This document shows positions 20,356 through 30,348 of a DNA stretch of 64,000 nucleotides, piece after piece (positions within the stretch are counted from its first letter, which is position 1; each line of letters begins with the position of its first letter). Below the pieces are notes generated by a model. The model was not told the DNA's origin and did no database searches. It was given only the letters and a program-made list of their open reading frames with translations. Both the position numbers and the translations under genes were made by a program. Origin of the DNA: an uncultured Chthonomonadaceae bacterium (GTDB lineage: Bacteria > Armatimonadota > Chthonomonadetes > Chthonomonadales > Chthonomonadaceae); contig CAWIEK010000045.1 of the NCBI GenBank assembly GCA_963835065.1, positions 64,001 through 128,000 on the forward strand. The letters run 5' to 3'.

Positions 20356-22338
20356 TCAGTTGGAACCCGACGCCTTATTGCCGCCATTTCCGAGCATGGT
20401 TTGCAGGCGCTGCACCTTAGCTTCCAGCGCGGCATCATGCGGACGCAGGGACTGCGCCAGGCGGTAATACGCAACGGCAGTGGAATAATCGCCTGACTGC
20501 TCCAGAAATTGCGCCACAGCCAGCTGCGCTTCCGGGTCTTTGCGCGCCGCTCTGGAGCGCGTGAGCAGGGTCTGCCGTTTCAGGTCATAATCCACATATT
20601 TACGGTACAGGGCAAACATTTGTTCACTGCCCGCCGTGTCGCCCAAATGCGCGTACACCCGGCCCAATTCCTGATAGGTCGCGCCATCGCCGGGTAGCAG
20701 GTCGAGGGCATGTTCCAGATTACGCGCCGCCCGCGTCCAATCGCCTTTCGCGCCGTACGCCACGCCCAGCTGCTGGTAGGCGACAACCTCGTTGGGCGTC
20801 AGGCGGCTGAGTTGATTGTACTCTTCAATGGCCCTGTCGAGCCGGTCGCCTTCGCCCCGGCGTTCCAAATACACCTTGCCCAGTTCCTGATGATATAGCG
20901 GATTGTCCGGGGCCAGGCGAACACACTGCTGAAGTTCGGCTTCGGCGCTGTCGCGCCGTCCCTGCTGCAGCGCAACCTGCGCCAGTTGAAAATGTACCTG
21001 TGTGGGATCGGCAGGATGTTTGTTCAGCGCGCTTTGCAGCATTTTCTGCTGATCACCCAGACGATCCGCATAGCCATACGCGGCTGCCATCGTCAGTTCG
21101 GCATCCGCCGTATGCGCCGAAGTCAACTGCTTCATCACGGCCAGGTAATCGTTTACCCGGTTCATGTCCCGATAAATCGCCGCTTGCAAGGTCAGGCCGC
21201 GATTATGCCAGCCGGCCTGCGCGCTCACCTGCTGCGCCAGTGTCAGGGCTGTCGCGTAGTTTTTGGTCAGGCGCGCTTGTACGCCGCGCCAGTAGGCTGT
21301 CTCGATTTTCAATCCGGCCTGTTCGCAAGCGCGCGCGGCCAGGCCAACCACGATGGGGTCGGAGCTTTGCAGCAGAGCCAGTTTTTGCAGCACAAAAGCC
21401 TCGCGCGCGTAATCCTTTCGTTCGGCATACAGCTTGACCAACTGCTGATAGGCGTCAGGGGTGTTCGGATTGCAGGCGACGGCTGCGCGCCATTGGGCTT
21501 CCGCTTCCGCCTTGCGTCCGTTTTGGGAAAGCGCCAGGCCATATTGGTACAGCAGGGCGGCTTCCTTTGGAGCCAGGCGAACGGCGGTTGCCAGCAATCC
21601 AAGCGCCTGCTGTGGATTGTGACGCGCCAGAAGCAGTTTGCCGGCAATGGAGTAGCCATCAGGCTGGTCGGGAGCCAGGCGAATCAGGTTTTGCGCCATG
21701 CGCAGGGCAGTGTCTTCATCGCCTGCCTGCAGGCAGTAGAACATCAGCCGTTCCGCCTGATCCCGAATCGCCGGCCCGCTGTCCGTCAGCAGGGCCGGGT
21801 GGCGCGCGGCAAACGCGCGCAAAGCATTGGCCGCCGCGTCCGTATTGCCGTCCGCCTGCTCCAATTGCGCCAGCGTTGCCGCCGCTTCCAGGTTATCCGG
21901 CTCCAGGCGTACTGCCGTTTGCAGCTCTTTGCGCGCCTCGTTGTAATGGGCCAGATAGGTCAGCGAGCGTCCCATGAGAAGCGCGGTGTCCTGGTCTTTG
22001 GCTCCCAGGGCGCGGGCAATGGTCAGCTGCCGAATGGCGTCGGTGTAGTAATCGGTGTCCACGTCCAATCTGCCCAGTTGCAGATACGCCGCAACATCGG
22101 ACGGGTCGGATTGAATCCGCTCGGAATAATAGCGCATAGCGGCGCGCGTCCCTTGCGACGCGGGAGGAGGCGGCTTCCTGAAAAAATAGCGACGGCTGAG
22201 GGGCAGCAACAGGAGCAGCGCAAGCAGCAGGCCAAGCAAAGCTAGAAAACGCGCGCGTAGTGGCCGGCGGTTGTGCTGCGGCTTATCCGCATCCTGTATT
22301 TTGGGGGAAGACATAGGTGGGGTGGAAACGCGCTTCAT
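20356..22338 (-). CDS. membrane-anchored tetratricopeptide-repeat protein
   Basis: N-terminal TM segment followed by many A..L.P....AY..LG TPR units. Confidence 0.85.
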   Translation of the reverse strand: MKRVSTPPMSSPKIQDADKPQHNRRPLRARFLALLGLLLALLLLLPLSRRYFFRKPPPPASQGTRAAMRYYSERIQSDPSDVAAYLQLGRLDVDTDYYTDAIRQLTIARALGAKDQDTALLMGRSLTYLAHYNEARKELQTAVRLEPDNLEAAATLAQLEQADGNTDAAANALRAFAARHPALLTDSGPAIRDQAERLMFYCLQAGDEDTALRMAQNLIRLAPDQPDGYSIAGKLLLARHNPQQALGLLATAVRLAPKEAALLYQYGLALSQNGRKAEAEAQWRAAVACNPNTPDAYQQLVKLYAERKDYAREAFVLQKLALLQSSDPIVVGLAARACEQAGLKIETAYWRGVQARLTKNYATALTLAQQVSAQAGWHNRGLTLQAAIYRDMNRVNDYLAVMKQLTSAHTADAELTMAAAYGYADRLGDQQKMLQSALNKHPADPTQVHFQLAQVALQQGRRDSAEAELQQCVRLAPDNPLYHQELGKVYLERRGEGDRLDRAIEEYNQLSRLTPNEVVAYQQLGVAYGAKGDWTRAARNLEHALDLLPGDGATYQELGRVYAHLGDTAGSEQMFALYRKYVDYDLKRQTLLTRSRAARKDPEAQLAVAQFLEQSGDYSTAVAYYRLAQSLRPHDAALEAKVQRLQTMLGNGGNKASGSN

Positions 22339-22568
22339 TACGACGGACTTAGCCCTGAGCAACGCCAGGCAAGCGAAGTAAATATCAACAAACCTTTTCA
22401 TAAGTTCTTGAGGCGGCAAGTAAACTTATATAACAGGTCTAACCGACGCAAAAGGCGCGTTATGCGCCCGCCACAAGAAAGCGGCAGGCGCATGACAAGC
22501 TGCTTTATTCCAGCGATTATGATAAACGATTTACGCAATCGAAAATCGCAGGAGTAACATCTGTCGGC

Positions 22569-23402
22569 TTAGTTCCAGCCTCCGACACTGGCGCCGCGTA
22601 CGCCTTCCTCGCCGAAAATATCTTTCGGGCCGTTCCAATCGGCTTTGTGGGCGTGACTTAGCCAGTACTGACTCAGATGGATGGCTTTGGCATGGCCGTC
22701 GTGGAAAGCCACGTTGCACAGGCCCTGATGGCGCGCAACCGCCAGCCGGTAGGCGTCATGATTTTGCGCCTCATGCCAGTTGGCGCGGTCTTCGTTAAAG
22801 AAGTAGGCGCCGACCGCAATGGACTGATAATCGGTTTTGTAGCCATCGGGGTGTAAATCGTAGGCGGCGTAGCCAGCAGCGCGCCCGGTCCAGCTATCCC
22901 CGGTGGCCGAGGTGTAGGCCGTGCCCGCATCCGCGAACTGCACATGGTTGGCCGGTTCCTGAACGGCAGCCAGTTTCACCGTATCCGCATCCCAACTCGA
23001 CATCAGATCGTTGGCGGCATACGCGCCCAGGTCGCGATGGTTTTCCAGATCGTTGGTCCAGTCCGGGCCGTTGTCGGTGGCGTCCGGGCAGACCGTGACC
23101 TGATAGTTTTTAATGTACGGCTGCATGAAAAACGGCCAGTAGCGCCGCCAGTCGCGCACCTGCCCATTGGTGGACCCGACATCGGCATCCGTAGTGCTGA
23201 CATGCTCGTTCATCACGCGCTCATCGTAGTCCTGCGTGTACATTTGCGCGCCGGTGCCGATTTGTTTCAGGTTAGAGATACAGGAAATGGCGCGGGCTTT
23301 GGCGCGCGCCTGCGCAAAGACCGGGAACAGAATCGCGGCAAGAATTGCGATAATGGCAATGACAACCAACAATTCGATCAGAGTAAACGCCTTACGCTTC
23401 AT
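22569..23402 (-). CDS. DUF1559 prepilin-type N-methylation protein with H-X9-DG motif
   Basis: [62 protein letters not shown]. Confidence 0.93.
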   Translation of the reverse strand: MKRKAFTLIELLVVIAIIAILAAILFPVFAQARAKARAISCISNLKQIGTGAQMYTQDYDERVMNEHVSTTDADVGSTNGQVRDWRRYWPFFMQPYIKNYQVTVCPDATDNGPDWTNDLENHRDLGAYAANDLMSSWDADTVKLAAVQEPANHVQFADAGTAYTSATGDSWTGRAAGYAAYDLHPDGYKTDYQSIAVGAYFFNEDRANWHEAQNHDAYRLAVARHQGLCNVAFHDGHAKAIHLSQYWLSHAHKADWNGPKDIFGEEGVRGASVGGWN

Positions 23403-23864
23403 TGGTTAAGCTCCTCCTCATGTTCCTCTCAGATCGGGAACATTTTTGTCACCGTCTTGTAGTCGCAAGCATCTGCTTGCAAAATTAGTGCGGTATGTGT
23501 CACAACAGACTTCACTTCTGTAGCGATATAATGATTATAGGGTCTATGGAATAATTTGTCAATAGGTATACAGTCGCAGAAGTTAGTTTGCCCTGATTTT
23601 CTTCACAAAATTTCGGCAAATAGCGAGGATTGGGAAGCCACATGCCTGAATTGGAAGCAGAGCCATTTACCGTTTGACGCCAACAACTGGACAGTTGTTC
23701 TGCCCCAAGTTCGGAATACGTCCTTGCCTTCGGGTACACTTTTCTTAATGAGTCAATGTTTACCCTCCAGAATACATAGAATCAACTTTCAAGCGTCAAA
23801 CCTGTTGCCCTCACAGAGCGTGTTGCCGCCATCACTCCTGCGCGGTTCTGTAGAGCAGAGGCGT

Positions 23865-24800
23865 ATGGTGTCCCTCATCCTGTTATGTTTGTTCGGCAGC
23901 TTGCTTTCTCCTCCTGTTCCTGCGCAATCCGTACACTTGCGGGCGGTTGGCGACATCATGCTGGCGCGGGATGTAGGACAGTGCATGGCGCGGAAGGGAC
24001 GCGGCTATCCGTTTGCGGCGATACGCCCCTTGCTTCAAGGCGCGGATATTACGTTCGGGAATCTGGAGTGCTGCGTTTCCACGCGGGGCAAGCCGATCCC
24101 CAAGCAGTTCAACTTCCGCGCTGATCCCGGCGTGACCAAGGTACTGGCGGAGAACGGCTTTCGGATTGTGTCGCTTGCCAACAACCATGCGTGGGATTAT
24201 GGACGCGACGCCCTGCTTGACACGGTTGCCAATGTCCGCAAAACGGGTGTCCAAACCGTAGGCGCAGGCGCGAATCGAATGGAAGCGCACCAACTGGTGA
24301 TTGTGCAAAGCAAAGGCTTGCGCATCGGGTTTCTGGCGTATTTAGGCTTGATTCCCGCTCTGGTTGCCGAATCCGACACGCAGCCCTCATTAAGCATGGC
24401 GAGCGTGGAAGCGATCACGCGGGAAGTGCAGGCGGCGCGAAGCCAGGTAGACGTGCTGCTCGTATCGCTCCATGCGGGACAAGAGGGCGCCGCCGGTCCC
24501 ACGCCGCGCCAAAAGCGTTTTGCGCAGACGGCCATTGACGCGGGCGCGGACATGGTAATCGGGCATCATCCGCATGTCCGGCAACCGCTTGTTATGTACA
24601 AAGGCAAGCCCATCTGCTACAGCCTGGGCAACTTCGTGTTCTCCACAGCAGGCCGGGGCAGCGGCGCGATGCTGGAAGCGACATTGGAGCGCGGCCACCA
24701 AGTTCACGCGCATTTGATCCCCCTCGTTCTGAACGGCGCGCAGCCCTGTCTCCCCCACTCCTCCTCATATCCCAGGCGTCAACGCCGGAGAAAGCGATGA
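23865..24800 (+). CDS. CapA-family metallophosphoesterase
   Basis: VGDIML, GNLE, LANNHAWDYG, GHHPHV, YSLGNFVF. Confidence 0.9.
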   Translation: MVSLILLCLFGSLLSPPVPAQSVHLRAVGDIMLARDVGQCMARKGRGYPFAAIRPLLQGADITFGNLECCVSTRGKPIPKQFNFRADPGVTKVLAENGFRIVSLANNHAWDYGRDALLDTVANVRKTGVQTVGAGANRMEAHQLVIVQSKGLRIGFLAYLGLIPALVAESDTQPSLSMASVEAITREVQAARSQVDVLLVSLHAGQEGAAGPTPRQKRFAQTAIDAGADMVIGHHPHVRQPLVMYKGKPICYSLGNFVFSTAGRGSGAMLEATLERGHQVHAHLIPLVLNGAQPCLPHSSSYPRRQRRRKR

Positions 24801-24857
24801 ATATTCGGCCTTTCTTCGCTTGCTGCCTGTGCAATGGTGACGGTTTTGAAAAGAACC

Positions 24858-24886
24858 TTGACAATCCGGCAAGGCTGTGGCATACT
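24858..24886 (+). promoter_or_regulatory. sigma70 promoter of tRNA-fMet
   Basis: TTGACA-N17-CATACT with extended TG. Confidence 0.8.
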
Positions 24887-24897
24887 AAATGTGTTGA

Positions 24898-24974
<77 letters not shown>

Positions 24975-24979
24975 ATTAT

Positions 24980-25012
24980 AAGCCGTTCGGTCACTTGACC
25001 GAACGGCTTTTT
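24980..25012 (+). terminator. intrinsic terminator after tRNA, overlapping the yhcG stop
   Basis: aagccgttcggtca-ct-tgaccgaacggctt + T-tract. Confidence 0.85.
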
Positions 25013-26145
25013 TCGTTCGCTAGAATCAGGCTTCGTTCTCGTTCAGTGTTGTGTTCGTCAACGTTCACGTTCAGTTCGGCTTCAATGCGTCGCGCTAAAT
25101 CGGTAACAAATTCGGCTACGCCGATAGGTGTGGCAACATTCCGCAGCGCGTATTCTACCGTCAACGCTTGCTTTTTGCGACACAGCAGCAGGCCAATGCT
25201 GGGCGCGTCGTGTTCATGCCGAAGCGTATCGTCCACAGCGGCAAGATAGAAGTTCATTTTGCCTACAAACTCCGGCTGAAACTCTGTCGCTTTCAGATCT
25301 ATCACGACGAAGCAGCGCAGACGCAGATGATAGAACAGCAGGTCCAGATAGTAGTCTTTGCCGTCTACTTCCAGCGGGTACTGGCTTCCCACAAACGCGA
25401 ACCCCACTCCCATTTCCAGCAGGAATAAGCGAATATGTTCCAGCAGGCCGCGCTCAATCTCGCGTTCGCGCGCATCATCGCCCAATGTCAGAAACTCGAA
25501 ATTGTACGGGTCTTTAAGCAAGGCTTGCGCCAAGTCGGACTGCGGCGGAGGCAGTGTACGGGCGAAATTGTTGATGGCTTTGCCCTGCCGCTCGTGCAGT
25601 CGGCTTTCGATCTGCATCTCCAGAATGTTCCGGCTCCAGCCGTGTTCAAATGCTGCCTGCGCATACCATTCACGGGTTGCCGCGTCTTTTACCTTTTCCA
25701 GCAGACTGACGTTATGCGCCCAGGGAATTTGCGCCACAGCTTGTGGCATAGCTTCGCCTGTCTGTTCCGCAGTCTGAGAAAGCATATCCTTTAATTGTCC
25801 CACCAGCGGTGGGACAATTTCAGAATGTGTTCTATAAGCCAGGTAGAAAGCCCGAATCCGGTAAAGATTGGTGCGTGAAAAGCCGGAAACACCGGGAAAT
25901 GCCGCCTGCAAATCCTTCGCCAACTGAGGCAGAACGCCGTCGCCCCACCCTTGCGCCGCCTGATGCGCCACAATTTCTTTGCCGAGGTTCCAGTAGAGTT
26001 CCAGCAGTTCCCGGTTGACCGCAAGACTTGCCTGCATTTGCGCTGAACGAATACGCTGCTTTACCTGTTCCAAAAACGTGCCGTAACCCGCAAATCGTTC
26101 CTGCACGTTGGCAGTTAGATCATTGTCCTGTTTTTGTGCAGACAT
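24991..26145 (-). CDS. yhcG: YhcG/DUF1016 PD-(D/E)XK nuclease-domain protein
   Basis: VNRELLELYW.LG, GFSRTNL, KDPYNFEFL, DLLFYH..LRCFVVIDLK, GKMNFYL. Confidence 0.92.
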   Translation of the reverse strand: MSAQKQDNDLTANVQERFAGYGTFLEQVKQRIRSAQMQASLAVNRELLELYWNLGKEIVAHQAAQGWGDGVLPQLAKDLQAAFPGVSGFSRTNLYRIRAFYLAYRTHSEIVPPLVGQLKDMLSQTAEQTGEAMPQAVAQIPWAHNVSLLEKVKDAATREWYAQAAFEHGWSRNILEMQIESRLHERQGKAINNFARTLPPPQSDLAQALLKDPYNFEFLTLGDDAREREIERGLLEHIRLFLLEMGVGFAFVGSQYPLEVDGKDYYLDLLFYHLRLRCFVVIDLKATEFQPEFVGKMNFYLAAVDDTLRHEHDAPSIGLLLCRKKQALTVEYALRNVATPIGVAEFVTDLARRIEAELNVNVDEHNTERERSLILANEKSRSVK

Positions 26146-26215
26146 TTGCCTCCTTCACTTTGCGCGAATTCACTTTTAAGCAGAATTTAGCGCAATATTG
26201 GAGCAGGATTATTAC

Positions 26216-26752
26216 TCAATTATCTGGCGTCGCTTCCCCCAGAAGATGACGCGCCGAATACATCTGCCCCGTGTGATACGCGACGTGAAACGCCGCATAC
26301 GTCAAAAACGCGCGGTACGTGTAAAACGGCGGCCAGCCAGGCGGGTTGCTGTCCAGATCAGGAGCGAGCGCCTTGAAATGTGCCACCGCCTCGTGATGTA
26401 CGCGCAGCAATTCGCCGCACACCTGCGAGGCCGTCATTGCCCGATGCTCCTCCGAAGGCGGCGTTGCTACCGTTGTCGGATGATACCCGAACCGATGATC
26501 AATCAACAGACTGCTCACCCGGCACTTCGCCAGATCAGGCTGCAGCGAAATGCCGTTGGCTTCGGGACTCGCCTCCCCGCCCTCTCCCGCAAACCGCACC
26601 GCCTCCCAATAGGCAATGTGCCCCGCCAGTTCCCCTACGGAGAGAAGCCCCTCCGCAGGCCGTTTCCAGACGTTCGCGTCCGCCAGTCCCTTGAACGCCT
26701 CCTGGACCTCGTAATACCCCTCTTCCAAAATCGCCAGATAAGCCTCAACCAC
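26216..26752 (-). CDS. DinB-family protein
   Basis: SVGELAGHIAYWE and FHVAYHTGQ metal-binding His motifs. Confidence 0.85.
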   Translation of the reverse strand: MVEAYLAILEEGYYEVQEAFKGLADANVWKRPAEGLLSVGELAGHIAYWEAVRFAGEGGEASPEANGISLQPDLAKCRVSSLLIDHRFGYHPTTVATPPSEEHRAMTASQVCGELLRVHHEAVAHFKALAPDLDSNPPGWPPFYTYRAFLTYAAFHVAYHTGQMYSARHLLGEATPDN

Positions 26753-26920
26753 CTTCTTGTTCCTTTCTTATGGAAAACGCAGTAAACCACTCCCTGTCCT
26801 CAATATGTTTGCGTTTGTGCTATGATAATTCCTGTGCAGGGTATGAGCGCGATGCCCTTGCGCTGAGATGTTCAACGAAATTCCACAGTGCGCGATTTCA
26901 AAACACAGGAGGACGCAACC

Positions 26921-27280
26921 ATGAAACATCTGTTCCACACTCTGCTCGCCGCCTCGGCTATCAGCCTGGGCAGCCTGACCCTCAGTCCGGTGTTCGCCCA
27001 GGACAAAATGCAGCCCCCTCATCCGCAGACCGGGAAAATGGCTCCGGGGAAGATGGCTTCCGACAAGATGGCTCCCGGCAAGAAGGATAACCGGGCTTCC
27101 GACGTTTACGTTTGCAAGCCCTGCAAGACCTATTATCCGTCTGCCTCCGCCAAGACGATGGGCTACAAAGACCCGATGGGCCATAAACTGGTACACGCGG
27201 ACAAAGCGCCCGTTGGGTACAAAAACGGCAGCAAAATGTCAATGGGTAAAATGCCGGGCAAAACGTCGGGCAAAATGTAA
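26921..27280 (+). CDS. small secreted Met/Lys-rich protein with KMAPG pentapeptide repeats and CxxC
   Basis: AGGAGG SD, signal peptide ending VFA, GKMAPGKMASDKMAPG, YVCKPC..DPMGH. Confidence 0.8.
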   Translation: MKHLFHTLLAASAISLGSLTLSPVFAQDKMQPPHPQTGKMAPGKMASDKMAPGKKDNRASDVYVCKPCKTYYPSASAKTMGYKDPMGHKLVHADKAPVGYKNGSKMSMGKMPGKTSGKM

Positions 27281-27327
27281 TTTCATCAACGCAACATGAC
27301 AAATCCGGTCACAAGCGCATGTTTGGT

Positions 27328-27354
27328 AAAGGTCCCGCCTCTGGCGGGACCTTT
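27328..27354 (+). terminator. intrinsic terminator-like hairpin
   Basis: aaaggtcccgcc-tct-ggcgggaccttt. Confidence 0.7.
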
Positions 27355-27479
27355 ATATTTTGTCTCTTTTCATCAGATAGCTTTCATAAGTCTACTCGCT
27401 GAGATAGAGCTTCACTTGTGCGCAGAATTTATCAAGGAGGTCTGATAAAATTTTACTGGCTGCGTGGGTTTTCACTGTC

Positions 27480-28892
27480 ATGCGCGTCTTAACAAATAGA
27501 ATGACGAACACAAGCGCACAAAATGAGAAGGCCTGTCAGGAGATTATCCTGGTACGCCGCGCCCAAACCGGCGATAGAGCCGCCTTTGACCGGTTGGCAC
27601 AACATTATCGCCCGCTGTTGTTCGCCCTGGCTTTCCTGCGAACCGGCCACAAGGAAGAGGCCGAAGACCTGGTGCAGGAAGCGCTGACAAAGGCATGGCT
27701 GAAACTGCCCACGCTTACGGATACGGCCCTGTTCCTGCCCTGGCTGAAATCCGTGACGGCCAATGCCTGCATCAGTTGGTATCGTCGCGTGGATAAATTT
27801 CCTCGTTCCCTGGAAGAAGACACGAAGGACACGTTACGAGCAAACAAAGGACTCCCCTTAGAAACGCTTCTGGAACGCGAAAGGCAATGGCGGTTGCAGC
27901 AAGCGTTATGGACGCTGCCGGAAGTCAATCGCCTCGCCTTAGTGATGCGTGTCTGGAAGGGAGCTTCCTACGAGGATATTGCCGCCTTTACGGGAGTTCC
28001 GGCTTCGACCGTAGATGGCCGCATTTATCGCGCAAAGCGACAGTTGCGCCGCCTGCTGCATGATGCCGGAGCTGAGTTTTTCGGGGAAGAACCTCGCCCC
28101 CGGCAGCCAAAGTCACATTTGAATGAATTTTCCCCACAACGGAGCAGCAAAATGACCATTCCAGAAACAACTGCCACTATTCCCCATTGGGAACAAGCCC
28201 TGGCGCTTACCTTGTTCACCCGTCGTTTCTCACTGATGCTGAATGCGGGCGTTACCCTCTCGCGGACGCTGGAACTTCTACAGGATATACCGGCTCCCTA
28301 CGGAGCAGCGGCTCGCGCATTGCGCACACAAGTGGAGGATGGAGCCTGTTTATCGCGGGTAATGTCGGAGCGCCCGGACCTGTTTTCTCAAATCTACATT
28401 GGCATGGTCCGGGCGGGCGAAGTAGGAGGCGTATTGGAAGAAACCGCGCAGAGGCTAAAGAAAGCATTGGCAAGAGAGTGGCATCTTGCCAGCCGACTCC
28501 CGCCTCAGGAAATATCGCTCTTTCTGTTGCTTCCCGCCGACAGGCCTTTGTCCGAGAAGTGGGATTCTATGTCTGCCTATCAACAAACGATGACCTTCAG
28601 CCTCTTCTTCGAGACTTTCGGAACACTGCTTCAGTCGGGCGTTCCAATTCTTCAGGCAATGGAAACTGTCGCCGAACTGTTGCCCCTAAACTCGCGCGAA
28701 GGCTGGATGCAGGCCCGTGAACAAGTAACAACAGGGTTGCCATTTGTGCCGACAATGGCGCGAATGGGTATTTTTCCGACATTCGCGCTGGAAATGCTTC
28801 GGGTAGGCGAGGAATGTGGTTCGCTGGACGCAATGCTGCATAGTTTGGCGGAAGCGTTCGAGGATGACCTGGAATATCAACTACTGCCATAG
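27480..28892 (+). CDS. ECF sigma factor in frame with two T2SS-F/PilC cytoplasmic domains
   Basis: Sigma2 (AEDLVQEA..KAW, F.PWL) and sigma4 (SYEDIA...VP.STV.GRIYRAK); then FTRRFSLMLNAGV..VRAGEVGGVLEE and FGTLLQSGVPILQAM..VGEECGSLDAML. Confidence 0.8.
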   Translation: MRVLTNRMTNTSAQNEKACQEIILVRRAQTGDRAAFDRLAQHYRPLLFALAFLRTGHKEEAEDLVQEALTKAWLKLPTLTDTALFLPWLKSVTANACISWYRRVDKFPRSLEEDTKDTLRANKGLPLETLLERERQWRLQQALWTLPEVNRLALVMRVWKGASYEDIAAFTGVPASTVDGRIYRAKRQLRRLLHDAGAEFFGEEPRPRQPKSHLNEFSPQRSSKMTIPETTATIPHWEQALALTLFTRRFSLMLNAGVTLSRTLELLQDIPAPYGAAARALRTQVEDGACLSRVMSERPDLFSQIYIGMVRAGEVGGVLEETAQRLKKALAREWHLASRLPPQEISLFLLLPADRPLSEKWDSMSAYQQTMTFSLFFETFGTLLQSGVPILQAMETVAELLPLNSREGWMQAREQVTTGLPFVPTMARMGIFPTFALEMLRVGEECGSLDAMLHSLAEAFEDDLEYQLLP

Positions 28893-28974
28893 CCTGTCTG
28901 ATTGATTCAGGAAGGAATTGGCGTGGCCGTGCAGAATTAAAGGAGTATCATCGAACTACTCAGGAGAGCATAGC

Positions 28975-29913
28975 ATGAAAACACGGGCTATCGGGGCGTT
29001 ACAGGCGACGGTTGTGGGCGTGGGATGCAACAACTTCGGCGGGCGGTTGGATGCGGACGCGACGGCGCAAGTGGTTCAGGCGGCGTTGGACGCGGGCATC
29101 AACTTCTTCGATACCGCCGACATTTATGGCGGCACAAAAAGCGAGGAGTTTCTTGGCCGCGCGTTGGGCAACAAGCGCGACGAGATTCTGATTGCTACGA
29201 AATTCGGCATCAAACTGGATGATGCGCGGCCAGGGGGCGCGGCTCCCGATTATATTGCGCAGGCGGTAGACGACAGCCTGCGCCGCCTGGGAACGGATCG
29301 CATTGACCTGTACCAATTGCACACGCCGGACAAGAACGTTCCCATTGCCGACACGCTGGCCGCGCTGGACAAAGCGGTACAAGCGGGCAAAGTGCGCGAA
29401 ATCGGCTGTTCCAACTTTTCCGCCGAACAACTGCGCGAGGCCGAAAGCGCGGCAAAAACGGGAGCGCGGTTTGTCAGCGTGCAGAACCATTACAGCCTGC
29501 TGCACCGCGAACCGGAAAACGACGGCGTACTGACGGAGTGCGAACATCTCCATCTCGCCATGCTGCCCTATTTTCCGCTTGCCAACGGCCTGCTGACCGG
29601 CAAGTACCGCAAGGGCCAGCCGCGCCCGGAAGGAACCCGGCTGTCGGGAGCCAACGCCGACAAGTGGCTGACCGAGCAAAACCTTGACATTGCCGAGGAA
29701 TTGCTTGCTTACGCCGAAGAACGCGGTCATTCCCTGCTGGAACTGGCGTTCGCGTGGCTTCTCGCGCAGCCTACCGTCGCTTCCGTCATTGCAGGCGCGA
29801 CCAAAGTAGAGCAAATCCACGCCAACGCCGCAGCCGCCGAGTGGCAACTCACACCGGAAGAACTTGCCGAAATCAACCGGATTGTAACTGCTCGTCTTGA
29901 ATCCGGTATATAA
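28975..29913 (+). CDS. aldo/keto reductase
   Basis: GINFFDTADIYG, IATKFG, SLRRLGTDRIDLYQLH, IGCSNF. Confidence 0.93.
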   Translation: MKTRAIGALQATVVGVGCNNFGGRLDADATAQVVQAALDAGINFFDTADIYGGTKSEEFLGRALGNKRDEILIATKFGIKLDDARPGGAAPDYIAQAVDDSLRRLGTDRIDLYQLHTPDKNVPIADTLAALDKAVQAGKVREIGCSNFSAEQLREAESAAKTGARFVSVQNHYSLLHREPENDGVLTECEHLHLAMLPYFPLANGLLTGKYRKGQPRPEGTRLSGANADKWLTEQNLDIAEELLAYAEERGHSLLELAFAWLLAQPTVASVIAGATKVEQIHANAAAAEWQLTPEELAEINRIVTARLESGI

Positions 29914-30024
29914 AATACCGGATGTTAGGCCTGCGGCGAATTGTCCTGCGAACAGAGGATTGCGCAAAATTCAAGTAGTTTGTCACCCAAACACCCGACA
30001 CCTAACACCGAATACCCAATACCT

Positions 30025-30348
30025 ATGAATACTCCCACCGGCTTTTTCCACAATGTTTACTTCTGGCTGCGCGAGGCGGGTAATACCGCACAGGCCGAGC
30101 AACTGGCGCAGGGCTGCCGACAATTCCTGTCTTCCATTCCCGGCGTTTTGCGGCTGGAAGTGGGTTTTCCCGCAGGCACGGAACGCGAGGTTGTAGACAA
30201 TTCTTACGGCGTTGCGCTGCTTGTCGAGTTTGCGGATGCGGACGCCCATGATGTGTATCAGGAACATCCCGATCATTTGCGCTTCATTGCGGAGTGCAGC
30301 CCGCTGTGGTCACGAGTGCAGGTTTACGATACGAAAGTTACTCTATGA
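30025..30348 (+). CDS. Dabb-family stress-responsive A/B barrel protein
   Basis: HNVYFWL, IPGV, YQEHPDH, VYD motifs. Confidence 0.85.
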   Translation: MNTPTGFFHNVYFWLREAGNTAQAEQLAQGCRQFLSSIPGVLRLEVGFPAGTEREVVDNSYGVALLVEFADADAHDVYQEHPDHLRFIAECSPLWSRVQVYDTKVTL

